A program made the position numbers and the translations under genes. This document shows, piece by piece, positions 1 through 8,195 of a DNA stretch of 64,000 bases. The notes beneath the pieces are model-generated. The model was not told the origin of the DNA, did not search any database, and saw nothing but the letters and a program-made list of their open reading frames with translations. The first letter of the stretch is position 1; each line of letters begins with the position of its first letter. This DNA is from a candidate division WOR-3 bacterium (GTDB lineage Bacteria > Hydrothermota > Tepidihabitantia > Tepidihabitantales > Tepidihabitantaceae): NCBI GenBank assembly GCA_965649295.1, contig CBFGKH010000001.1:32001-96000 (forward strand), given 5' to 3'.

Positions 1-496
1 CGGTCCTTCGCTGCAGTCCTTCGATCAGTCGCAGCCGAAAGTCATTCCGCTCATAGACGCTCGCGGCACCAAACTCAGCAACCAGTACTTCTGTTACAAG
101 CTGCTGCCGCTGGTCAATAGCTGCCGAATAGGCCTGAATCACGAATTCTTGGCCGTACTTGTCAACTATCAGGCCGGGCAAACCGTCGCTCTCACCATAG
201 CAAAACCGATAGTCTCCCTCTCCGGGCAGCCAACATCTACGCCGCGAAGCCGCTAATCTGAGCCGACTCGTGACGAACGAGCGGTTCAAATCTTGAACCT
301 CTTTCGAGTAGAGCCGGACACGAATCAACGAATGAGGGTTGTACACTCCTGAGCCAAGCAGTCTCTTGCCCTGGTAGACTAGCACCGTGTCGCCAATCCG
401 TGGATCCCCATCTACGCTTCTGACCTCGTTGGAGAAAACCCACGGATGTTGAGAGCGAGCCTGCTTGCGTACTACCTTCACAACTGCCTGCGGCAT
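1..496 (-). CDS. rlmI: RlmI-like class I SAM-dependent rRNA methyltransferase, N-terminal part (runs off window)
   Basis: Not in the ORF track; manual translation from ATG 496 (SD GAGGTG): MPQAVVKVVRKQARSQHPWVFSNEV...NPHSLIRVRLYS...GESDGLPGLIVDKYG, the HPWVF and ESDGLPGL motifs of the RlmI family. Confidence 0.8.
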   Translation of the reverse strand, partial: MPQAVVKVVRKQARSQHPWVFSNEVRSVDGDPRIGDTVLVYQGKRLLGSGVYNPHSLIRVRLYSKEVQDLNRSFVTSRLRLAASRRRCWLPGEGDYRFCYGESDGLPGLIVDKYGQEFVIQAYSAAIDQRQQLVTEVLVAEFGAASVYERNDFRLRLIEGLQRRT

Positions 497-499
497 CGC

Positions 500-2122
500 T
501 CACCTCTTATCTACCATCGGTCGGATTGCAACTAGAACCGGCTTTCCATCAGCGTCCACTGTGTAAAGCAAGCTCACTTCTCGTTCATCCGGAACAGCCA
601 GCAGGTGCTGTGCCAAACGTAGGTGGAGGTCTGGCCGCGACTGGCTGACCCAACTCGAACCGACAGCGACCAAACGCTCGCACGGTGCCACCAGCAACGG
701 TGGACGGTTACCCTCCCCGAAAGGAACGAGTGAAGCAAACTCGGTCGTGAACTCAACCAAAGGCAGCTCTGCATCAACTCGCAAGATGTTCTCCGGCTCA
801 ATCTTGCCAGCAAAGTGATCATGGGCGTATTGCTCAGCTGACCGTATGAAACCATCAACTTTCTCTTCAGCAATAGTGAAGCCGGCCGCTTTACGGTGAC
901 CACCGTAGTCAACAAAGTAGTCAGCATGCGCCTTCAACAAATCCATCAAATCAATGCCATCGACTCCGCGACACTCACCCACCCAAACGCCACCTCTTGG
1001 CCCAAGAACTATCGCCGGCAACTGATACCGTTCTTTGAGTCGGGCCGCACAGTAGCCTAGCGTTCGTGGACCAAGCTCGGTACTCCGCACGAAAAGGATT
1101 CCATCACCAACTTGAGCAATTCGCTCGGCCCTAGCGAAACTCTGTTCTGCCTCCTTCCGCCAATCCTCACTACGGGACGCCAGCTCTGCAATCCACAATC
1201 GAGCCTGTTCAGGCGTACTTGTCAGCATCCGCTCAACTCCCTCATTACCGTTCGCCGCTGCAAACAGACCAAGCAGCCCGCTAACGATGGCACCGGTATC
1301 ATGACCAGCCAGCCCCCGCAGGTAGTCACGCACCGCTGCAATAACCGGTGCTGAACTTAACTCTATCGCCCAGTGGCCACCAACGACTAAAGTGCGGTTC
1401 TCGCCCACAAGCGGCACCCGATCGGCCAACGTGCCAAGAATTGCCAGGGCCAGACACTCCGTTTGAACAGAACAGAACTCCGTATGACTCAATCCCAGTT
1501 GCCGTTCAACTAGTCCCATGGCCAGCTTGAAAGCTACCCCCGCACCCGCCAATCCCCGAAATGGATAAGTTGAATCAGGCCTCTTGGGATCAACGTTCGC
1601 CACAGCCGAAGGCAGTGTAGCAAGAACTTCGTGATGATCGGTAACGATAACATCAATTCCCTGCCTGCTGAGCTCCGCTACTGCTGAGTGATTAGTGATC
1701 CCACAGTCTACTGTTATTACCAACCGTACACCCTTGTCCCGAAACCCAAGGGCAACTGCTGGGTTCAGCCCGTGCGGCTCATGACCCTTGGTAGGTATGT
1801 AGTGGAGGACTCGACCGTGTAGGTCAGTCAGCACCCGGGAGAGAATCACGGTGGCAGTGATACCGTCGAGGTCATCATGCCCCCAGATAAGGATCGTCTC
1901 GCGCTCACGGATGGCCTGATTGATACGTCCGACTGACGGTTCGAAATCGGGTAACGCTGCTGGCGGATGAAGCTTGTCAATTGATGGACGTAGCCAGGCA
2001 TCGACACCAAGCTCGTCACGAACGCCCCGCAACCAGAGCACCCGGGCAAAAGCTGGGGTAATACCTGTCTTGACGGCCAGCTGCTTGACACAGTCTTCAT
2101 CCACCAGGCGGAGAGGCCACAT
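500..2122 (-). CDS. recJ: RecJ-like DHH/DHHA1 phosphoesterase (ssDNA exonuclease family)
   Basis: GHDDLDG, TVDCG, TDHH, GTLAD, GGHRKAAG motifs; some RecJ motifs divergent. Confidence 0.75.
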   Translation of the reverse strand: MWPLRLVDEDCVKQLAVKTGITPAFARVLWLRGVRDELGVDAWLRPSIDKLHPPAALPDFEPSVGRINQAIRERETILIWGHDDLDGITATVILSRVLTDLHGRVLHYIPTKGHEPHGLNPAVALGFRDKGVRLVITVDCGITNHSAVAELSRQGIDVIVTDHHEVLATLPSAVANVDPKRPDSTYPFRGLAGAGVAFKLAMGLVERQLGLSHTEFCSVQTECLALAILGTLADRVPLVGENRTLVVGGHWAIELSSAPVIAAVRDYLRGLAGHDTGAIVSGLLGLFAAANGNEGVERMLTSTPEQARLWIAELASRSEDWRKEAEQSFARAERIAQVGDGILFVRSTELGPRTLGYCAARLKERYQLPAIVLGPRGGVWVGECRGVDGIDLMDLLKAHADYFVDYGGHRKAAGFTIAEEKVDGFIRSAEQYAHDHFAGKIEPENILRVDAELPLVEFTTEFASLVPFGEGNRPPLLVAPCERLVAVGSSWVSQSRPDLHLRLAQHLLAVPDEREVSLLYTVDADGKPVLVAIRPMVDKR

Positions 2123-2167
2123 TACAATTTACGGGATGTGACTGATGATCAAAAATCGGTAATTCGG

Positions 2168-3697
2168 TCAGCGGTCAAGAGCAATGATACGACCCTCGAT
2201 GCGGACATCAAGCGGCGAGTGGCGTCGGATGTAGCTAACAATAACGTCTCGCAGAGGCATAAAGGTGTCCTCGATGTCAGTGCCCTCGAGAAAAACTCCG
2301 TACTCTCCAGTCCCTGTGGCTAGAAAAGAGTTCGTAGCAACGCGATACACACGGTCGTCTTCGAGCGGCTGCCCTCCGACCAGGACCGACTGAACCCGCT
2401 TCCCAATTGGCCGGCTACGTACCCATGTCATAGTCAGACCTGAAACCTGAAAGATGGCGTGGTGACCATTGACCGACACTTCAAGCATCTCCCTAACCTG
2501 GGCCCCCGTGTAGTTACCAACCACTACCGTGTTGCCGAATATGTCAACCTGATAGATATCACGGTACCGGATTTCTCCCTCGGGTATGTTGGCTCGAATC
2601 CCAGCTGAGTTGTGCAACGCAATGTCAGCATTAGCATACTCCCGCATCGCATCAGTTATTAGATTGCCGGCCGGTGTCTCAGTGAACCCACCGCGAGTCA
2701 ACTCGCGTTTGCTCCAACCGATAACCTCGTCAAATCCCTGCTCTGCCTCCTGTCGAGCCGAATCAAGCCGGGCAGCATACTCCCGATCCATCGGTATCTC
2801 TTCACCCAACAGATCGAATAGCCGACCCTCGTAGCCGACGATCCGGCGTGTTCGCAGATCGATTGCCAGATCAATCAAACCAACTGTTGAAAGCTTACTG
2901 TATGCCTGCTGAACGATGACATGTCGGCGGGGACTCTCGTATGGCGGTTTGACGCCAGTGTGGGAATGGGCGCCGATGATAACATCCACGCCCGGCACTG
3001 AGTCGGCAAACTGCGTATCATGCTTGTGGCCAATGTGGTTGAGACCGATAATTATGTCAGCGCCCTGCTGACGTAACCGGGCAATCTCCTGCCGGGCGAC
3101 CTCGTGATAAGGCAGGATGTCAAGCGGACCAATTAGCGAATCGCTCACCATCCCCCGCAGGTACTTAGTCAGCAGTCCGAACAGGCCGATACGAATACCG
3201 CCTCGCTCAAAAAGCACACTGCGTGTCAGCCACGATGGCGCCGTGTCACTACCTTGTACAACAACATTCGTCGCGAGCCATGGCAGCCCGCTACTGTCAA
3301 TGATAGCCTTGAGAACCTCACAGCCGAAATCGAAGTCATGGTTGCCAACGGCAACTGCGTCGTACCCCGCCCGTCTGAAGAAGTCAACGACAATCTGGCC
3401 ACGAGTGAAATCACCCAATGGCGTACCCTTGAACACATCACCGCCGTCGAGCAGCAGAAAACCGTATCCTCTGGCCAGAGCCGTATCCCGCAATTCCCTG
3501 ATGACAGTAAGTGCGCCGGGCGCGTTTGCCAGCGGTGGCGGAAAGTTCCGATTCATCCAGAATGCATCAGAAGGCTGCAGTGCACCATGAATGTCGTTTG
3601 TATGTACGACATAGATATGTTGGACAGAAGCGAACGCCGGGAGGACTGCAAAAACGACGTAGAACAGTCTAGAAACTGCGCGATGCAGTAACCGCAA
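2168..3697 (-). CDS. Secreted bifunctional UDP-sugar hydrolase/5'-nucleotidase
   Basis: Signal peptide; HTNDIHG, DGGD, GNHDFD, GAHSH metallophosphoesterase motifs; 5'-nucleotidase C-terminal domain (NSAGIR, YRVATNSF). Confidence 0.9.
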   Translation of the reverse strand: MRLLHRAVSRLFYVVFAVLPAFASVQHIYVVHTNDIHGALQPSDAFWMNRNFPPPLANAPGALTVIRELRDTALARGYGFLLLDGGDVFKGTPLGDFTRGQIVVDFFRRAGYDAVAVGNHDFDFGCEVLKAIIDSSGLPWLATNVVVQGSDTAPSWLTRSVLFERGGIRIGLFGLLTKYLRGMVSDSLIGPLDILPYHEVARQEIARLRQQGADIIIGLNHIGHKHDTQFADSVPGVDVIIGAHSHTGVKPPYESPRRHVIVQQAYSKLSTVGLIDLAIDLRTRRIVGYEGRLFDLLGEEIPMDREYAARLDSARQEAEQGFDEVIGWSKRELTRGGFTETPAGNLITDAMREYANADIALHNSAGIRANIPEGEIRYRDIYQVDIFGNTVVVGNYTGAQVREMLEVSVNGHHAIFQVSGLTMTWVRSRPIGKRVQSVLVGGQPLEDDRVYRVATNSFLATGTGEYGVFLEGTDIEDTFMPLRDVIVSYIRRHSPLDVRIEGRIIALDR

Positions 3698-4832
3698 TTC
3701 GGCTCCTCGTGCTCTGCACTTTCACGTCACTTTCCCACAACGGCTGCCAGAAGTGCTCGGGTTCTGATACGTCGTGCTGAAACAAGGCGCCGACATCGAC
3801 CCGCAGCACGCCAGCATCAAACCCAAGCCCAAACCCAGCAGACAAAGTCTGCAGTGTCGGATCATAGTATTGCGGCTCAACACCAAAACCATAACGAAGG
3901 TTGACATAGTTCAGCATGGTATGCTCGACTCCGGCCCGAATCATCAGCGAATTGCTGAACAGCGAGTCAACAACCTTCCACGCCGCGTACCGAGCCTCGG
4001 CCACGAATGTGCTAGGCAGCGTACCTGGCGCCCGAAAAGAAACTCCAACTCGAGCTGCCCAAGGATACTCATGGTCAGTCGCAACCTCAGCTTCAGTCCA
4101 GTTCTTGAAGCTAGAACTGCCAGAGAAATCACCCGCCAGGATCAGTCGCCCAGACGGCATGACGACGAGGCCGCCGCTGTAGAAGAAACCACGTGGACGA
4201 CCTGTCTCAGAAATAAGAGTGGTATCCGGACCACGGATGCTCCAAACTTCCAGGCTTCGCGTACCGAATCCGAATCCACCACGTGCGCCGAACCCAAACC
4301 AAGGCACGGGCCTCACTCCAAACCCCAGTCCGGCATCATAGAGAAGTCCCGTTCCCTCGACTCGGTCCTCACCGGTCAGCACATAGAAGTCGTCTCGATA
4401 CTCCTTGCGGTAACGGTAGCTAAAATCGCGCACTGCTGCGATACCGATTCCCAATCCCAATTGACCAACACGCAATACTCCGGTTAAGGGACCAGGTAAT
4501 CCGACAGAGTTGATGTTCTCTGCAATAGCTACCTCACCCAAGGTATTCTCGAACTGGTCATAGACGACCCTAGTTCGCGTCTCTGCTGCCACTTTGATTG
4601 CATAGCCCCCTTCAATTGTTGTCTGACGAGCAGAAGCTAACAAAGCCGGGTTGGTAAACAAAGCCCCTGGTCCCGCGTCAAGAGCGGCAACGCCACCTCG
4701 ACTCAGAGTCTTGGCGCTTGCGTAGCCAAGTTCACGACCAAGATAGCTCGCCATTGGAACCTGGGCTGCTGCAAATCCAAAGGACACCAAGGCAAGAAGC
4801 AACGACCGCCACACGAATTTGCAATCAATCAT
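3669..4832 (-). CDS. Outer-membrane beta-barrel, FadL/PorV-like
   Basis: Signal peptide, ALFTNPALL motif, alternating beta strands, terminal Phe. Confidence 0.7.
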   Translation of the reverse strand: MIDCKFVWRSLLLALVSFGFAAAQVPMASYLGRELGYASAKTLSRGGVAALDAGPGALFTNPALLASARQTTIEGGYAIKVAAETRTRVVYDQFENTLGEVAIAENINSVGLPGPLTGVLRVGQLGLGIGIAAVRDFSYRYRKEYRDDFYVLTGEDRVEGTGLLYDAGLGFGVRPVPWFGFGARGGFGFGTRSLEVWSIRGPDTTLISETGRPRGFFYSGGLVVMPSGRLILAGDFSGSSSFKNWTEAEVATDHEYPWAARVGVSFRAPGTLPSTFVAEARYAAWKVVDSLFSNSLMIRAGVEHTMLNYVNLRYGFGVEPQYYDPTLQTLSAGFGLGFDAGVLRVDVGALFQHDVSEPEHFWQPLWESDVKVQSTRSRIAVTASRSF

Positions 4833-4847
4833 CCGAGTCTCCTCTCA

Positions 4848-7229
4848 TCACCAAAGCAGGTCAAGCTGCAGACTAATGTCGTAAGAGTTCTGACGGGAAA
4901 CAAAATCACGTACCGTCTCAGCGTTGCCTCGATAGTGCAGACCGCTAACGCTACCAAGCCCGGTGTGCGGAAAATCAGCCACCTTGTGTCTAAACTTGAA
5001 GTAGAACAGCAGGTTGTCGGATATGCGATCGGTGACTGCGGCATACCAGCGAATCCCCTGGCCGTCGAGAAAATCAATGCCTTGGTCCTCGAACGCCCAC
5101 TGCGACATCGAGTTCGTCTGCCAGACCGCAATGCCCAGCTCAGTGTTGAAGTCATCTGAAAAGTTGTGCTCCCATTGCACTGAGACGAAGTCGCCCCACA
5201 TACTAGCATTGTCCCCGTAGCGCATTGTCGGCGTCAACAATACCTTGCCCAGCCTAACCTCACCGGTCAGATAATCCCAATTGCTCAGACTGGTCATCGC
5301 TCGGATTGTGGATTCTAACGTCACCGAACGAGTAGTTCCAGCCACCTTCGGCAGCTCTTTGGCCTGAATCTTCTGTTTGAATCGGAGTCGAACCGGATAG
5401 ACCGGCTGGTACTCAACCTCGCCTTGGAACCGGACATTGTCTGCCCCCCACGCAAGATTACGCCAGATATCTAGGTAGGCGCGCGTGAACGTCACTTGTC
5501 TGCCAACCTGGTATCGGGCATCAAGAAACAGCCCCTGCTCAGCCTTCGGCATTGGAAAGTCCTTCAGAGCAATGAAGGCCGGGTCTATTACCCGATAACT
5601 CTTCTCCAGCGGCGTATCTTCGAACCGCAGCTGCTCACAGAACCCACGATTATAGGGATTGTCATACCCAACGTCGTAGTGACGGAACAATCCTGTCAGC
5701 GTCAGATAGTCGTACTGGGTTCTGGCTTTGACAAGTAATCCCTTCTGCAAACCCGCTGCCGAGTCAATCCGCGGTTTGGCTGCAAGCTCTGCTTCAAGCG
5801 ACACGTTCTCGACCACTGTCCTCAAATCAGCCCCAACAAAGAGTCGATTCATACCGGTGTCGAGCTTGGTGTAGTTAGGGTCATCAAGCGTCTCGGCATC
5901 AGCCGGCACATCCAAGAACCGGGCATCGGATCGGAACGACCGATCGTACCCCACGCCTAGCAGATTCAAGGCAAACCTGGTACCGATGGGTGCAAAGAGG
6001 AGACTACCCAAGTCGAACCGGATACTGCCACCCCAGTCAGTCTCAGTCAAAACATCTTTGTACGATGGGAAGCGCGGCGTTGCCACGATGTAGTAGTTTA
6101 CTAAGGAATCTGGATTGAGGATTGCATCCCGCCGCGTTCGGGAAAAGAAACCAATCAAACCCAGTCGGTCATAACCCACCTCGGTGGCCACCCCGCGCAT
6201 ACCGAAACCTGGATTCTCAGTCAGGTCGCTGAACAGACCCTCAGCCCGGTCATAGGTCCTGGCTCTGAGTTCAGAGTTATTATCCAGAAGCAGACCCTGA
6301 CCAAGCGTTAGCCTGTAATCACCAACGAATAGACGCCGCACCGGTCCGATGTCTTGTAGACTGACGAAACCCTTAATGTCGTCCAATGTCTGCCTCGAGT
6401 ACAGCTTCTGGCCAGCCCAAGCACCCAATCGGATATGGCGTCCTGCCCGCACCCGCAGACGATGACGGATTCCCGCCTTATTGCGCATTCCTGCCACGTA
6501 GGCACTCTCGGCCAAGAGACGTTCCCGGAAGAACGCGGTATCAATTCCTTGGGCTTCCCAGGGAATCGTCGAATCGCGCAACGCCGCCAGCGCCTGAGAG
6601 AACATTGCTAGGTCAGCCTGGGTGTCCCACTTTGGATCGGTCTCATAAGCCACCCGATAATTGCCACCAAACCCCACCAAAGTCGAGTCGGTGTAAGTGA
6701 CGAAGTCGCGCATGTTTCGATAGCCATAGCTTGAAAGGCCGGGGACCTGACCTGCCAGGTCGCGGCGGCCAGAAATTTTGCCCCCGGCTCGGAGGAACTT
6801 TGCCACTGCTACAGCATCGACCAACGAGACCCGGTCAAGCACAAGAAGGTCATCGATTCGGGCCTTGTTGATGTTGATTGGCGAGAGCAGTAAGTCTTGC
6901 CATTCTTCAACTGCCGCAGTTGTCGGCCCATCTTCAGCCGCCAGCCTTCGCTGAATTCGCTGCACTGTGTTCTGACGAAACTCACCCCACTCCCTAGGGG
7001 TCACCATTATTAGCGGCTTTAGTTCTTCGAACTTCTCCGGCGTGATGCCCGGAATCTGCAGCAACTCGTAGATGCTGTTCAACCGGCCATAGGCATCGAT
7101 GCGCTCCCAGATGCGCTCAGCAGTCACCGAATCAACCGGCAGCCTCATTATCTCCTGTCGCGTCGCTTTATTGATATCAAGCTGAGCCGAGTCGCTGTAG
7201 GCCAAGACGAACAGTAATAGGAGCAGCAT
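4848..7229 (-). CDS. Helix-hairpin-helix (ComEA-like) domain outer-membrane protein
   Basis: Signal peptide; two HhH blocks (LDINKATRQEI...ELLQIPGI; ININKARIDDL); C-terminal beta-rich region ending in Trp. Confidence 0.75.
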   Translation of the reverse strand: MLLLLLFVLAYSDSAQLDINKATRQEIMRLPVDSVTAERIWERIDAYGRLNSIYELLQIPGITPEKFEELKPLIMVTPREWGEFRQNTVQRIQRRLAAEDGPTTAAVEEWQDLLLSPININKARIDDLLVLDRVSLVDAVAVAKFLRAGGKISGRRDLAGQVPGLSSYGYRNMRDFVTYTDSTLVGFGGNYRVAYETDPKWDTQADLAMFSQALAALRDSTIPWEAQGIDTAFFRERLLAESAYVAGMRNKAGIRHRLRVRAGRHIRLGAWAGQKLYSRQTLDDIKGFVSLQDIGPVRRLFVGDYRLTLGQGLLLDNNSELRARTYDRAEGLFSDLTENPGFGMRGVATEVGYDRLGLIGFFSRTRRDAILNPDSLVNYYIVATPRFPSYKDVLTETDWGGSIRFDLGSLLFAPIGTRFALNLLGVGYDRSFRSDARFLDVPADAETLDDPNYTKLDTGMNRLFVGADLRTVVENVSLEAELAAKPRIDSAAGLQKGLLVKARTQYDYLTLTGLFRHYDVGYDNPYNRGFCEQLRFEDTPLEKSYRVIDPAFIALKDFPMPKAEQGLFLDARYQVGRQVTFTRAYLDIWRNLAWGADNVRFQGEVEYQPVYPVRLRFKQKIQAKELPKVAGTTRSVTLESTIRAMTSLSNWDYLTGEVRLGKVLLTPTMRYGDNASMWGDFVSVQWEHNFSDDFNTELGIAVWQTNSMSQWAFEDQGIDFLDGQGIRWYAAVTDRISDNLLFYFKFRHKVADFPHTGLGSVSGLHYRGNAETVRDFVSRQNSYDISLQLDLLW

Positions 7230-7231
7230 TG

Positions 7232-8053
7232 CTATGGCTCAATTAGAAGGCCGATACTGTGTGACAGCGGCAGCCGCGGATGAGTGCGAATCGCGTAATC
7301 CACGTGGACTAGCCGGTATCCGGTGCGCAGGCCGAAAGCCAGTGACACAGGCTCGGTCTGGACACCGGCCCGCAGAGTCAAGTAGTCTTCGACAATTCGG
7401 AACTCTTGTCCAATTGCTAACCGAGTTGGCTGTCCCGGTTCCTTCACGATATCCAGTGCTGACCTAATGTAGGGTGCAGGCGAGAATCCAAGCCCGAAGC
7501 TAAGCAGACGAGGCAAATCAGTACCGCCGACTTTGGGCATGTTGAGGTTGTGAGCGTAGAAACCGACGGTCCAAACTCGATAGATGCGAGCAAACATGCC
7601 GATGTCAACTCCAAAAGCAAAGCCCTGACCGAGGTCTTTCTGTGCAAAGTTGTAGCCATTCAGCCCGTAACCGAAAGCCAAATCTCGGGCCAGACTGAAG
7701 CCATGCACGAACCGTAATGACCGCTCGGACAGCAAATCAAGGCCCGACTCCTGTAGCCGCACGCCGAAAGTGCCTAGCTTTGCGACCGGCAGTAGGAACG
7801 CGGCTTGGACTACGTGGAGCCCCCCCACACCCCCATATGCAGACCTACCACCCAACGCACCAGCCAGTCTGTTCACCTGATAAAGACCGGCCGGGTTCAC
7901 GCCGATGGCTGAAACATCGTCAGCAATGGCGGTGAAAGCACCGGCCATTGCCTCAGGCCGCGGGCCGAACTCGTCGTCCTCGAATAGACCAAACGCCGGC
8001 GCAGCCAGTAGCACGACGACCACGCAGGCAACAAACATACGGAATCTGGTCAA
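7232..8053 (-). CDS. PorV/UPF0164-like outer-membrane beta-barrel
   Basis: Signal peptide; GPRPEAMAGAFTAIADD...NPAGL N-terminal motif; SD GGAGGAG before TTG. Confidence 0.75.
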   Translation of the reverse strand: MTRFRMFVACVVVVLLAAPAFGLFEDDEFGPRPEAMAGAFTAIADDVSAIGVNPAGLYQVNRLAGALGGRSAYGGVGGLHVVQAAFLLPVAKLGTFGVRLQESGLDLLSERSLRFVHGFSLARDLAFGYGLNGYNFAQKDLGQGFAFGVDIGMFARIYRVWTVGFYAHNLNMPKVGGTDLPRLLSFGLGFSPAPYIRSALDIVKEPGQPTRLAIGQEFRIVEDYLTLRAGVQTEPVSLAFGLRTGYRLVHVDYAIRTHPRLPLSHSIGLLIEP

Positions 8054-8089
8054 AGTTCTCCTCCGGGTTTGAGACTGGCTTGGCTAGTC

Positions 8090-8117
8090 ATTCTAGGTGC
8101 TGCCGGTGCTGAGTCAA
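8090..8117 (-). promoter_or_regulatory. Sigma70-type promoter for the 8053 operon
   Basis: TTGACT-N16-TAGAAT. Confidence 0.65.
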
Positions 8118-8148
8118 GGCAGACCCGGTACATTCTAGCGCTCGCTGC

Positions 8149-8176
8149 TTGACTAGCCAGACTGCCGGACTACGCT
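8149..8176 (+). promoter_or_regulatory. Sigma70-type promoter for 8196
   Basis: TTGACT-N16-TACGCT then SD GGAGG. Confidence 0.6.
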
Positions 8177-8195
8177 GAAAACGGAGGTCTGATTT

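Noticed and set aside
237..503. 88-aa ORF in the track
   Set aside because: Alternative frame of the RlmI-like gene starting at 496.
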